Assembly: GCA_977020255.1 (NCBI GenBank)
Contig: CDROCS010000107.1
Coordinates: 1-64,000, forward strand
From: Obrimoposthia wandeli
Lineage: Eukaryota
Length of the DNA: 64,000 bases
Direction: 5' to 3'
Part shown: positions 30,556 through 40,978 of the stretch, piece by piece
Layout: every line of letters begins with the position of its first letter
Position numbering within the stretch: position 1 is the stretch's first letter
Made by a program: the position numbers and the translations under genes
The notes under the pieces: generated by a model
Seen by the model: the letters and a program-made list of their open reading frames with translations, nothing else
The model's database searches: none
What the model was told of the DNA's origin: nothing

Positions 30556-31488
30556 ATGGGCCCAGCGCTATCGATAAAAGGTTTATCAAAAACCTATAAT
30601 AATGGCTTCATTGCGTTAAGAGAGGTTTCTTTTGATGTAGAACAAGGTGATTTTTTTGCTCTGCTAGGACCTAATGGCGCGGGAAAATCTACGACTTTAG
30701 GTATCGTCTCTTCATTGGTAAATGCAAGTGCAGGCAGTGTTAAGATTTTTGGCCATGATTTAGCGAAGGACCTAACAGCGGCAAAAATGCAGCTAGGTGT
30801 GGTACCACAAGAGTTTAATTTTAATGCGTTTGAGCAAGTTTACGATATCGTAAGAACTCAAGCCGGTTTCTACGGATTACCTGCAGCGGTGGCGGCTGAG
30901 CGCGCACAGTATTATCTAAAAAAGCTGGGTCTTTGGGATAAACGTGATACGCCTGCTCGTATGTTGTCCGGTGGGATGAAGCGCCGATTAATGATCGCTA
31001 GGGCGTTAGTTCATGAACCTAAATTACTTATTTTAGATGAACCGACGGCGGGGGTTGATATCGAGCTTCGTCGTTCGATGTGGAGCTTCCTGCAAGAGTT
31101 AAACGAGGCGGGAACAACGATTATTTTGACCACTCATTATCTGGAAGAAGCAGAGAGCCTGTGTAAAAACATCGCGATTATCGATCAAGGTAAGATCGTG
31201 CAAAATACCAGCATAAAAGAACTGTTACAGCAGCTAAATGTAGAGACGTTTATTCTCGATGTATCACCAAATATGACACAAGCACCAAATATAGAAGGTT
31301 ATAGTATTCACATGCAAGACTCCCACTCACTGGTGGTAGATATCAAGCGAGGCCAAACATTGAATGGCTTATTTAGCCAATTACAGACTCAGCAAGTAGA
31401 TGTGTTAAGTATGCGAAATAAAACTAATAGACTTGAGGAAATGTTTATTTCCATGGTGGAGAAAAATTTGGGAGAAGCGGGTGAATAA
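30556..31488 (+). CDS. yadG: ABC transporter ATP-binding protein (YadG-like)
   Basis: GPNGAGKST, LSGGMKRR, LDEPTAGVD. Confidence 0.93.
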   Translation: MGPALSIKGLSKTYNNGFIALREVSFDVEQGDFFALLGPNGAGKSTTLGIVSSLVNASAGSVKIFGHDLAKDLTAAKMQLGVVPQEFNFNAFEQVYDIVRTQAGFYGLPAAVAAERAQYYLKKLGLWDKRDTPARMLSGGMKRRLMIARALVHEPKLLILDEPTAGVDIELRRSMWSFLQELNEAGTTIILTTHYLEEAESLCKNIAIIDQGKIVQNTSIKELLQQLNVETFILDVSPNMTQAPNIEGYSIHMQDSHSLVVDIKRGQTLNGLFSQLQTQQVDVLSMRNKTNRLEEMFISMVEKNLGEAGE

Positions 31489-32254
31489 TACAGAATTAGC
31501 GATTGCGTTTTATACCATAGTACATCGTGAGATACGTCGTTTTACTCGTATTTGGGCGCAGACATTACTACCACCTGCGATAACAATGTCGTTGTACTTT
31601 GTTATTTTTGGTAATTTAATTGGCTCACGTATCGGTGAAATGGATGGCTTTGGTTACATGGAGTTTATTGTCCCTGGACTCATTATGATGTCGGTCATCA
31701 CAAACTCATACAGTAATGTAGCCTCTTCATTTTACAGTGCTAAGTTTCAGCGCAATGTAGAGGAGATGTTAGTATCCCCGATGCCAAATTGGTTGATTCT
31801 AGCAGGTTACATTGTGGGGGGAATGGCGCGCGGCATTATTGTCGGCGCGATAGTCACCGTATTGTCACTCTTCTTCACTGATCTGCAAGTCCACAGTGTA
31901 GGGGTCATCGCCATCGTTATACTGTTAACATCGATGCTGTTCGCCACAGGTGGTTTTATCAATGCGATGCTGGCGAACTCCTTTGATGCCATTTCCATTG
32001 TTCCTACCTTTATTTTGACCCCGTTGACCTATTTGGGTGGGGTTTTTTACTCTATATCTCTGCTGCCCAGCTTTTGGCAAGGGGTATCTCAATTGAACCC
32101 CATCCTCTATATGGTTAACACGTTTAGGTATGGTATTTTGGGAGTGAGTGATATTAATGTTTATGTCGCTTTAACGATCAGTGCGCTCTTTAGTGCCACT
32201 CTTTTTTATGTTGCGCTCAATATGTTGAATAAAGGTAAGGGGATAAGAAGCTGA
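31481..32254 (+). CDS. yadH: ABC-2 permease (YadH-like)
   Basis: RIWAQTLLPPAIT, PLTYLGGVFYS; GTG start at 31481. Confidence 0.93.
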   Translation: MNNTELAIAFYTIVHREIRRFTRIWAQTLLPPAITMSLYFVIFGNLIGSRIGEMDGFGYMEFIVPGLIMMSVITNSYSNVASSFYSAKFQRNVEEMLVSPMPNWLILAGYIVGGMARGIIVGAIVTVLSLFFTDLQVHSVGVIAIVILLTSMLFATGGFINAMLANSFDAISIVPTFILTPLTYLGGVFYSISLLPSFWQGVSQLNPILYMVNTFRYGILGVSDINVYVALTISALFSATLFYVALNMLNKGKGIRS

Positions 32255-33108
32255 TGAGTACCAGTGAACAGCAAGAGAAAGATTTATTGCAACAATCCCC
32301 ATTGGGTGATCACACGGCTTATGTGAATCACTATGATCCAAGTTTACTGTTCCCTATTGAGCGGGAAATTAATTGGCAAAAGCGCGGAATTGAACGCAGT
32401 GATCTGCCTTTTCTAAGTACTGATAGTGCGCTGGATATTTGGAACGGATATGAGATTTCTTGGTTGAACCTTAAAGGTAAACCTTTAGTTAGGGTTGCCC
32501 AATTTCGAATTTCGGCTCGCTCGAGTCATATCGTTGAATCTAAATCGTTTAAGCTTTATCTCAACTCATATAATTTAAGTCAATTTGAGTCACAGGCCGC
32601 AGTTATTGATCAGATGAAGCAAGACCTCAGTGCAGCGGCGGGCGGTGAAGTTGAAGTTATCTTTTATCACCCAGATGAGTTACCCGCTATCGGTGCATTT
32701 ACCGGACGCTGTATTGATGAGTGCGATGTGACGATAGAGCAGTACACACCGCAGCCGTCTCTGTTATCAGCCGATAAAACTGAAATAGTCGAAGAAAGTC
32801 TCTACAGCCATTTACTCAAATCCAATTGTCCAGTTACCGGGCAACCTGACTGGGCCAGTATCTGTATCAGTTATCGAGGTGCCAAAGTGAGTGAGCAAGG
32901 TTTATTAAAATACTTTGTATCTTACCGTGAGCACGGTGATTTTCATGAGCAGTGCGTAGAAAATATTTTTATGGATATATGGCAGCACTGTCAGCCAGAG
33001 CAGCTAACAGTATATGCACGCTATATACGCCGTGGCGGTTTAGATATCAATCCGTATCGCAGCAGCAATGCTAAGAGTGCTGACAACCTAAGGTTAAGTC
33101 GGCAGTAG
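32254..33108 (+). CDS. queF: 7-cyano-7-deazaguanine reductase (bimodular QueF)
   Basis: ESKSFKLYLNS, NCPVTGQPDW, FHEQCVE, RRGGLDINP. Confidence 0.97.
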   Translation: MSTSEQQEKDLLQQSPLGDHTAYVNHYDPSLLFPIEREINWQKRGIERSDLPFLSTDSALDIWNGYEISWLNLKGKPLVRVAQFRISARSSHIVESKSFKLYLNSYNLSQFESQAAVIDQMKQDLSAAAGGEVEVIFYHPDELPAIGAFTGRCIDECDVTIEQYTPQPSLLSADKTEIVEESLYSHLLKSNCPVTGQPDWASICISYRGAKVSEQGLLKYFVSYREHGDFHEQCVENIFMDIWQHCQPEQLTVYARYIRRGGLDINPYRSSNAKSADNLRLSRQ

Positions 33109-33179
33109 GTAATGATCTTGAGGCTTTTGTACATTCATCGTACAAAAGTTTTATTTTTTATAGATAGGGTGTAAAGGTT

Positions 33180-33737
33180 ATGCAGGCAATAGAGTTACTT
33201 CACAATAGAGTATCAACACCCGGTTTGATTGCACCGGCCCCTAATAGCGCACAGTTAGAAGTGATGTTCCAAGCGGCAGCGAGAGCGCCGGATCATGCTA
33301 GTTTAAAGTCATGGCGTTTGATCGTTACTCAAGAAGAGGGCCTCAATGCCCTTGGTCGCTTGTTTCTAGAAGCGACTCAAGCCAAAGAGTCAGATATAAG
33401 TGAGGCAAAAGAAACACGATTACTTAATATGCCTTTACGCGCACCGATGATTATCACTGTTGTGGCAACGATTATTGAACACCCTAAAGTCCCAGAAATA
33501 GAGCAGCTAATCACCGCTGGTTGTGTCGCACATGCTCTTGAACTAGCGGCTTTTGCCCAAGGTTTGGGGGCGATGTGGCGCTCTGGTGATATTATGTCTG
33601 ATCCGCTAGTGAAACAGGGTCTAGGGCTTGCAGAAAACGAGCAGGTCATTGGTTTTCTCTATCTGGGAACACCTAAGTCACAGCGTCAAGCGAGTGTGGT
33701 AGAAAGTGAAGATTTTGTCTCTTACTGGGGAAGTTAG
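33180..33737 (+). CDS. ydjA: Nitroreductase (YdjA-like)
   Basis: AARAPDH, RAP, GLGAMWRSG, IGFLYLGT. Confidence 0.9.
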   Translation: MQAIELLHNRVSTPGLIAPAPNSAQLEVMFQAAARAPDHASLKSWRLIVTQEEGLNALGRLFLEATQAKESDISEAKETRLLNMPLRAPMIITVVATIIEHPKVPEIEQLITAGCVAHALELAAFAQGLGAMWRSGDIMSDPLVKQGLGLAENEQVIGFLYLGTPKSQRQASVVESEDFVSYWGS

Positions 33738-33739
33738 TT

Positions 33740-34195
33740 TTGATTATTGATCCCCATGAGGATTTTTTAATCCAGTTAAAGCAGCAGATTCCTCTTTTGG
33801 CACATATGGGGATCACAGCGTGCTGTTTTGAGAAAGACCAGTTATCACTGCACTGTACGCTAGCACCGAATATTAATGATAAGGGCACTGGTTTTGGCGG
33901 CTCACTATCAGCCCTGGCAACGTTAAGTGGTTGGGCGCTAATAACGCTAGCACTCAAGCGTGAACTTGGAGATTATGATGTCGTGGTCCGCGATGCCAAG
34001 ATACAATATCTGGCCCCGGTCGCAGGCGATTTTCAATGTACCGTATCGCTCCCAGAAGAGAATCTTTGGCAAGGGTTTAGCCAACGCTTACAACAAATTG
34101 CTAAGGCTAGAGTGGGTTTACAAATACAGGTATTTAGTGCGGGAACGCTCGCCTGTACCATGGATGCAAACTACACGGCGATCATGCCACAATAG
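33740..34195 (+). CDS. YiiD C-terminal-type hot-dog thioesterase
   Basis: IPL..MGI, LAPNINDKGTGFGGS, IQYLAPV. Confidence 0.88.
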   Translation: MIIDPHEDFLIQLKQQIPLLAHMGITACCFEKDQLSLHCTLAPNINDKGTGFGGSLSALATLSGWALITLALKRELGDYDVVVRDAKIQYLAPVAGDFQCTVSLPEENLWQGFSQRLQQIAKARVGLQIQVFSAGTLACTMDANYTAIMPQ

Positions 34196-34401
34196 CGAAT
34201 CTAGCGCGTGGCACTTTCGAAGTCTAAGTTTTAAATTATTCGTTATCTTATCCGCAGCGGCTACATAACGTCACTTCTTGATCGTACCTTTTTAGAATGT
34301 ATGGTGTTTCATGCATCTTTTTTCTCATGAATCTATCTAGCGTATCATCCCAGAGCACTTCCCTACCTCTTAAAATAATAAAGTTATAAACGTAATTGCT
34401 C

Positions 34402-34433
34402 TTGACTCTATACAGTACTATAGACTTTATACT
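34402..34433 (+). promoter_or_regulatory. MerR-family promoter/operator for the P-type ATPase
   Basis: TTGACT-20 nt-TATACT with dyad CTATA-CAGTAC-TATAG inside the overlong spacer. Confidence 0.8.
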
Positions 34434-34468
34434 GTCCATCAAGATGAATTTTAATCAGAGGAACAGCT

Positions 34469-36727
34469 ATGACATCGAGCGAGTCCCAGATACAATTTTT
34501 TGCCCTGCAAGGCGTTACTTGTGCCGGTTGTGTACGCTCTATTTCCCGTGCGGTTGAAACACTGCAACAGGGGGGACAAATAGAAGACTTTTCCATTAAT
34601 TTTGCCGATCGTACCTTGGTCGTCAGTGGACCTTGCCCCAGTGGAAATATTACAGATGCGCTTGAAAGAGCAGGGTATTCAGCAACTGTACTGACCAGTC
34701 AAGCTGACCGTGAGGATGTTGTTAAAGCTCAAGAGCGCCATTCTCAAAAAGTATTACGACGAAGTTATGTTGCACTGCTGTGCGGTGCCCTCATGATGAC
34801 GGTCACAATGTTTGATTTACAAGCATCTATATCAACAGTCACTGGAGCTTTAACAGCGCTATTACAAGCAATAATAAGCTTCGCTGTTATGTATTATTGT
34901 GCCGCTGGGATTTATCGCGGTGCCTGGAAGAGCCTGACCACCCGCACTTTTAATATGGATAGCTTAATTGGTTTAGGTACTATCAGTGCATGGGGTTACT
35001 CATTGACGATCTTGATCTTGAGTGTCATTGATTCAAGCTTGGTACCGATTGCAGCACAGCACTTATATTTTGAAGCGGCGGTCATGATACTGGGATTTAT
35101 CTTACTTGGTCAGGGCATCGAATCGAAAGTTCGCGGCAGTACTGCAAAAGCGGTACAGAGCTTAGTAAAGCTACAACCTAAGGGTGCTTGGCGCCGTGAA
35201 GAGAGTGGTGAGTTCAACGAAGTAGATGTGCCATTACTTGTTCCAGGTGATGTTGTTCTGGTTAAACCTGGTGAAACAATTGCAACAGATGGTGAAGTGA
35301 TAGAAGGACGCAGTGGAGTTGATGAATCACTGCTTAGTGGTGAAGCGCTAGCACAAATGAAAACAGCGGGAGATCGCTTAGTCGGGAGTACTATTAATGG
35401 TACGGGTTCACTGATCTATAAAGTGACGCAAGTTGGTGAAAATACTTTATTGGCACAGATGGTCCGTCAAGTACGTCAAGCGCAAAACTCAAAACCGGCA
35501 CTGGGTAAACTAGCGGACGATATTGCCGCCATCTTCGTACCCGTTGTGTTGGGTATAGCGCTGCTAACGTTTATCTTATGGTGGTGGTTAGGGCCACAAG
35601 GATATTGGAGCTACACACTGGTGGCGACAGTCTCAGTGCTGATTATTGCCTGCCCTTGTGCACTGGGTTTAGCAACGCCTATTTCAACCATGGTTGGGGT
35701 AGGATTAGCGGCTAAACGCGGTATCTTGATTCAAAAAGGTGATGCTTTGCAAGTGGCGAGTAAAGTAACCATGTTAGTACTGGATAAAACAGGGACTATT
35801 ACCGCGGGTAAACCAAGCGTGACAGATATAATGTGGTTGAACGAAGCTGCCGATAGCACTCAATACCTGGAGTATCTGCGCGCCTTAGAGCTACATTCTG
35901 AACACCCTCTAGCGAGAGCATTAATAGATTATTGCGATAGCCAATCGGCTACGAGCCTCAATGCGCAAAGTGTTAAAGAGTTTCAGGCGCATGTAGGGCA
36001 GGGGGTGAGTGCCACGATTGATGGGGCGCAAATTAAAGTTGGCAGCTTTAATTGGCTTGCAAGTAACCTGAACCAGCAACATCGCCAGTGCGCAGAGCAA
36101 TGGATGGAACAGGCTAAGTCGATCACTCTGCTCAGTTGCAATGATCAGCTGGTGGCAATGTTGGCGATTGCGGACCCACTGAAGAACGATTCACAACAAG
36201 CGTTAGCGACTTTGCAAGAGCGTGGGTTGAAGCTGATGATTCTATCAGGGGATAATCAAAAGAGTGTTGCGGCGGTCGCTAAAGAGGTGGGGATTTCTAG
36301 TTATTATGGTGATTTGAGCGCCAGCGAAAAGTTACAAAAAATAGAACAATTACAACGCGATGGTGAAATTGTGGCGATGGTTGGAGATGGCGTTAATGAC
36401 GCCGCAGCACTCGCCGTCGCCGATTTAGGTTGCGCGATAGGTCAGGGAACCGATGTGGCCATTCATAGCGCTGATATTACGTTGATCAATGGCTCGTTAA
36501 CGAGGCTGCCGATTGCTATAGATATATCGACTAAGACATTACGTAATATCAAACAGAACTTGTTTGCCGCTTTTATCTATAACGCAATAGCTATTCCCCT
36601 AGCGGCAGGCGCTCTTTATCCCGCCTTTGCGATCTTACTAAACCCTATGGCAGCGGGGATAGCAATGGCGCTGTCATCTATCAGCGTAGTGAGTAATGCA
36701 TATCGTTTAGCAATCAGCAAAGTCTGA
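34469..36727 (+). CDS. copA: Copper-type P1B ATPase
   Basis: One CAGC metal-binding domain, CPC in TM6, DKTGT, HP, GDGVND, and YN and MALSS Cu(I)-type motifs. Confidence 0.9.
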   Translation: MTSSESQIQFFALQGVTCAGCVRSISRAVETLQQGGQIEDFSINFADRTLVVSGPCPSGNITDALERAGYSATVLTSQADREDVVKAQERHSQKVLRRSYVALLCGALMMTVTMFDLQASISTVTGALTALLQAIISFAVMYYCAAGIYRGAWKSLTTRTFNMDSLIGLGTISAWGYSLTILILSVIDSSLVPIAAQHLYFEAAVMILGFILLGQGIESKVRGSTAKAVQSLVKLQPKGAWRREESGEFNEVDVPLLVPGDVVLVKPGETIATDGEVIEGRSGVDESLLSGEALAQMKTAGDRLVGSTINGTGSLIYKVTQVGENTLLAQMVRQVRQAQNSKPALGKLADDIAAIFVPVVLGIALLTFILWWWLGPQGYWSYTLVATVSVLIIACPCALGLATPISTMVGVGLAAKRGILIQKGDALQVASKVTMLVLDKTGTITAGKPSVTDIMWLNEAADSTQYLEYLRALELHSEHPLARALIDYCDSQSATSLNAQSVKEFQAHVGQGVSATIDGAQIKVGSFNWLASNLNQQHRQCAEQWMEQAKSITLLSCNDQLVAMLAIADPLKNDSQQALATLQERGLKLMILSGDNQKSVAAVAKEVGISSYYGDLSASEKLQKIEQLQRDGEIVAMVGDGVNDAAALAVADLGCAIGQGTDVAIHSADITLINGSLTRLPIAIDISTKTLRNIKQNLFAAFIYNAIAIPLAAGALYPAFAILLNPMAAGIAMALSSISVVSNAYRLAISKV

Positions 36728-36783
36728 AGGTAAATAGATAATCGGCACCCAGCGATGAATTTACGCTGTGTGCCGTGCATTTC

Positions 36784-37374
36784 TTATTTAACGCGTTTGA
36801 CACTCAAGATAGTAGGTAGTTGTACCGGAACATCTGCCATACCATTGCGTCTGGCAGTGGACGTCCCTTCAATTTTCTTCACCACGCTAATGCCAGAAGT
36901 AACGTTACCAAAGACAGTGTAGCCCCATCCCTGTGCTGTTTTAGCACTATGGTCTAAGAAACTGTTGTCTTTTGCATTGATAAAAAACTGTGCGGTTGCA
37001 GAGTGTGGATTTGAAGTACGGGCCATGGCGATAGAGCCTAATGTATTCTTCAGGCCGTTATAAGCTTCATTTTTGATAGGGGCAGCACTGGGCATTTTAG
37101 TTTTTAGCTGCTGATCAAATCCGCCAGCTTGAACCATAAAATTCTTGATGACACGGTGAAAAACTAAACCTTCATAAAAGCCGCTATCGACGTAATGTAA
37201 AAAGTTGGCAACGGTTTTAGGTGCTTTCTTGTCATTGAGCTCCACTTTGAAACTACCGGCGCTGGTGGTGAATTCAACCTCAGTCGCCAAGGCCGAATTA
37301 CTCAAGCTGGTGAGGGTCAGGGCTGTGAGTGTAGTGAGGGTGGCAAAAGTGGATTTTATTACTGACATTGACAT
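36784..37374 (-). CDS. ppiA: Periplasmic cyclophilin-type PPIase
   Basis: Signal peptide; FHRVIKNFMVQAGG, AMART, SATAQFFIN. Confidence 0.92.
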   Translation of the reverse strand: MSMSVIKSTFATLTTLTALTLTSLSNSALATEVEFTTSAGSFKVELNDKKAPKTVANFLHYVDSGFYEGLVFHRVIKNFMVQAGGFDQQLKTKMPSAAPIKNEAYNGLKNTLGSIAMARTSNPHSATAQFFINAKDNSFLDHSAKTAQGWGYTVFGNVTSGISVVKKIEGTSTARRNGMADVPVQLPTILSVKRVK

Positions 37375-37715
37375 AGCTAACTCCGCGGAAAATAAATAAA
37401 AATAGCTTAGCAATGCTTACACACAATAGCTAGTGCCGCACCAGAAACGAAGCCACAGTAGAGCAATTATAGGGACTAAAATGAGCGATATAAAATTGAC
37501 GTATTGGGCTTTAAAAACAGTAATATTTGTAGATGTACGGATTGATCCAATAAAGTGTTCGTAGAGGTACTTATCTCCTAGATAGAAACCAACGATATAA
37601 GTTTCCCGGTAAAGAAAAAGTAAGCACTATTGGCAGTAGATGTGCGCTAATAAAGTTGTGGTAAATAGTAATTAAGATTACTCTTTAGCGATCAACTAAG
37701 TACAAGGGAATTATC

Positions 37716-39035
37716 ATGTCGATGCAGTGGCAAAAACTGCTAACACCCAAGCGTTACGGGCACGAGGCGGATTTACCGCAAGAGCTAGGGCGTAGTCATT
37801 TTCACAAAGATCACGACCGTATAATATTCTCTAGCGCCTTTCGCCGCTTAGGGCGTAAAACACAAGTTCATCCTATGGCGCTCAACGATCATATACACAC
37901 CCGCCTCACTCATTCAATTGAAGTGGGCAGTATTGGTAGAACCTTAGGTATAAGGTTGGGCGAAATGATTACCGAGCAGCTACCCAATTCGATTAGCCCT
38001 CATGATCTGGGGATGATTGTACAATCAGCTTGTCTCGCTCACGATATTGGTAACCCACCTTTTGGTCACGCTGGTGAATATGCTATTCGCGACTGGTTTA
38101 AACAGCCAAAAGGGGCGCTGTTACTTGAGAGTTTATCTGAGGAAGAGCGCGCAGATATACAAACTTTTGAGGGTAACGCGCAGGGGTTTCGGGTTGTAAC
38201 GACGATAGAAAATCACCTCTATGATGGAGGCTTACGCCTTACATACCCAACGTTAGGTACCTTGATTAAATATCCTTGGTCATCAGATCAAGCGAGCAAG
38301 AAGGGAAAGTTTAGTTGTTATCGTACTGAACTTGAATTCATGCACAAGCTGGCAGAACAACTTGGGCTAATAAGTTTAGGAGAAAATCGCTGGTGTCGTC
38401 ATCCTCTGACATATTTGATGGAGGCGGCGGATGATATTTGCTATGCGATCTTAGATCTTGAGGACGCTATGGAGCTCAATATATTACCTTTTGAGCGTAT
38501 CAAGCCTATTTTACTGCAGTTGTGTGGTGACCTGGATATTGATCAAGATATTTTTCAGAGCCAGGCTTCATCGCGGCGCAAAATTTCAGCATTGCGTGGC
38601 AGAGCAATGGAGAACATGGTGCAATCGGCATTGAAAGCCTTTATGAAACACTATAGCGCTATTATGGCTGGAGAATACGACAGTGAACTACTGGCGGATG
38701 GTGATGACTATGTTTGGCAAGGCGTCAGCGCGGCTAAGGCATTAGCGCGCGATGAAATTTTCCCGGATACTCGTAAGACCGAGCTTGAAGTGGGTGCCTA
38801 CAGTAGTTTAGGTATACTCCTTGATGCCTTTTGCCAAGCCGTGCATGAAAATCACAGCAGTGATCAGCCGCTGAGTTATCGCAGTGAAAAGATTATTAGT
38901 TTGATGGGGATCCACGCCCCAGATCAATCTTGGACGCTCTATCATGCTTATATGCGGGTATTGGATTTTATCAGTGGTATGACGGATAATTACGCTTCCT
39001 ATTTAGCGCGCCAGATTGGCGGTATTTCTAATTGA
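37716..39035 (+). CDS. dgt: dGTP triphosphohydrolase (HD family)
   Basis: FRRLGRKTQV, TRLTHS, HDIGNPPFGH, EAADDICY, DFISGMTD. Confidence 0.95.
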   Translation: MSMQWQKLLTPKRYGHEADLPQELGRSHFHKDHDRIIFSSAFRRLGRKTQVHPMALNDHIHTRLTHSIEVGSIGRTLGIRLGEMITEQLPNSISPHDLGMIVQSACLAHDIGNPPFGHAGEYAIRDWFKQPKGALLLESLSEEERADIQTFEGNAQGFRVVTTIENHLYDGGLRLTYPTLGTLIKYPWSSDQASKKGKFSCYRTELEFMHKLAEQLGLISLGENRWCRHPLTYLMEAADDICYAILDLEDAMELNILPFERIKPILLQLCGDLDIDQDIFQSQASSRRKISALRGRAMENMVQSALKAFMKHYSAIMAGEYDSELLADGDDYVWQGVSAAKALARDEIFPDTRKTELEVGAYSSLGILLDAFCQAVHENHSSDQPLSYRSEKIISLMGIHAPDQSWTLYHAYMRVLDFISGMTDNYASYLARQIGGISN

Positions 39036-39050
39036 GAGCAGAGAACGTTT

Positions 39051-39425
39051 GTGGCTTCATTAAAAGATCAACTTAGCGGTTTAGTTTACTCTACCGATAA
39101 AGGTACAACTTGCCCTCATTGTGAGGAGGCATTACAGGCGTGTCGCTGTAGTCAAATAAACGAACAAGTACGTTTGTCATCATTAGATGGAACATTGACA
39201 ATATCGCGACAAACTAAAGGACGTAAAGGTAAGGGGGTCACTCTTATTGCCGGTGTTGCTTTGGCTGATAAAGAACTTAAAGCACTGGCGAAAAATTTGA
39301 AACAACACTGTGGTACAGGCGGCGCGCTCAAGGAAGGCGTGATTGAAATTCAAGGAGATCAGCGTAGCGTACTTAAAGCTTTTCTCGAAAAGAAAGGCTT
39401 TAAAGTAAAGCTATCAGGTGGATAA
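39051..39425 (+). CDS. yciH: SUI1/eIF1-like protein
   Basis: LVYSTD, KGRKGKGVT, CGTGG..K..VIEIQGD. Confidence 0.95.
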   Translation: MASLKDQLSGLVYSTDKGTTCPHCEEALQACRCSQINEQVRLSSLDGTLTISRQTKGRKGKGVTLIAGVALADKELKALAKNLKQHCGTGGALKEGVIEIQGDQRSVLKAFLEKKGFKVKLSGG

Positions 39426-39527
39426 ATGAGTAAAAAGAAAAGATGTAAGCGCTGCCAGCAAATGCGGATCTTAATGATATTTGTCAGTGCAACGGCCGTG
39501 TTACTTATGTTGATGATGCAGCAATAA
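39426..39527 (+). CDS. Small membrane protein (33 aa) with CxxC, absent from the ORF track
   Basis: ATG directly follows the yciH stop; MSKKKRCKRCQQMRILMIFVSATAVLLMLMMQQ is a basic N-terminus, CxxC, then one TM helix. Confidence 0.55.
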   Translation: MSKKKRCKRCQQMRILMIFVSATAVLLMLMMQQ

Positions 39528-39772
39528 GGGCACTAGAGAATCTATTTATAGGAAGCGATAATCAGAGCTTTAAGTAGTGATTGGTCAGTAGCTATAACCC
39601 AATCGTAACAAGGTTTATTGTTTTTTTTCAATGGTCTACAAGTTTTTTGCCAGGGCAATGTTAATGTTGCCCTCGCTCCTTGTCTTGAGCCTCTATATAT
39701 TTTTCTAACCTAGCTAATCAATCTCATTATGCAGATACATTAATATGCGCAGTGAATTTATAGTATCGAAGC

Positions 39773-40978
39773 TTACAAGCTGTGCTCAATAATGCTTATG
39801 ATTTCTTCAGTCGTTAACTCAATGGGATTATTACGGTTACTCGCGGCATTCAACAATTTAGGTAATGCAGCTTTTGTAATGCCATAATTTGAGAACTTGG
39901 GAATAGCAAAGCGTCGTTCCCACTCAAATAAGTGGTGAGTTAGCTGCTCACAGTAATAATCATCACTCTTGTGGCCCGCTCCAAACATTCGGCCTATGTT
40001 CGCCATTTTTTTGGTGAAATCGACCCCCTCGTGCATTGCTAATACGGAGCGCTCTTTTAAGGCGGTGTGATTTACTTCATTGGCTTTTGCTACCAGACCA
40101 GCACAGGCCACGCCATGGGGTATGTTAAAAAATCCCCCCAATGGCCCCGCTAAACCATGGACGATCCCCAGCCCTGCATTGGCTAAACAGGTTCCTGAAA
40201 GTAGCGAAGCGATCGCCATGCTGCCCCGTACATTGGTATCCTGACTACCCTCATTAAAGGCTTGCTCTAAGTTATCAATAACAAGCTTAAGCCCTTTTTC
40301 TGCCAAGGCATCGGTGATCACATTTGATTTGGTTGACAGGTAAGATTCTAATAATTGGGTAAATGTATCGAGTCCACTACAAGCGGTTAGCATAGGTGGG
40401 CAGGAGATCATTAAAGACGGATCTAGCCATATTTCATCGGGGATAAGATTTTTGTGGCGAATAGACTTTTTATAGCCGTTCTCCCCGATTTCACTCAGAA
40501 CAGCATTAGCCGTCATTTCACTACCGGTTCCTGAGGTTGTGGGTATAGCAATAAAGGGTATTTTACTGCCAGTTAAAGCCAGACCTTTACCAACCCCTTC
40601 TAAATAATCGAACAATGAATTATCGACAGGTAACATTGCGGAGATTGCTTTCGCTGCATCAATAACAGAACCACCACCAATACCAACGACTTTGGTAATT
40701 CCACGTGACCTATATTTGGCGCAGATGTCATCGATCATCTGAGGTGTTGGTTCAGCACCAATTTGTACAATTTGATCATCTGCGATATTGATACCACTGA
40801 TGCGAAGAAAAGCTTGGAAATACGTTGAGAATGTACCTGAGCGACCGCCCGTTACCCATAATATCTGTTGTCCGTTTTGCGGTAAAGTGGTGGCTATATT
40901 TTGAACGACGTCCGGGCCGTAGTGAATCTCTGGCCAATGGGTGAAATTGAAAGACGATAATACATTTTGCACACTCAT
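39773..40978 (-). CDS. Iron-containing alcohol dehydrogenase family protein
   Basis: GGGSVIDAAK, PTTSGTGSE, HG..HG motifs. Confidence 0.92.
   Translation of the reverse strand: MSVQNVLSSFNFTHWPEIHYGPDVVQNIATTLPQNGQQILWVTGGRSGTFSTYFQAFLRISGINIADDQIVQIGAEPTPQMIDDICAKYRSRGITKVVGIGGGSVIDAAKAISAMLPVDNSLFDYLEGVGKGLALTGSKIPFIAIPTTSGTGSEMTANAVLSEIGENGYKKSIRHKNLIPDEIWLDPSLMISCPPMLTACSGLDTFTQLLESYLSTKSNVITDALAEKGLKLVIDNLEQAFNEGSQDTNVRGSMAIASLLSGTCLANAGLGIVHGLAGPLGGFFNIPHGVACAGLVAKANEVNHTALKERSVLAMHEGVDFTKKMANIGRMFGAGHKSDDYYCEQLTHHLFEWERRFAIPKFSNYGITKAALPKLLNAASNRNNPIELTTEEIISIIEHSL

Noticed and set aside
32254-33108. queF as part of a 7-deazaguanine DNA-modification (dpd) system
   Set aside because: Ordinary queuosine-pathway gene in its conserved yadGH context; no dpd genes nearby.
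37716-39035. dGTPase as an anti-phage nucleotide-depletion system
   Set aside because: It sits in a core context with yciH and ppiA, not in the island; housekeeping is the simpler reading. A phylogeny would be needed to revisit this.
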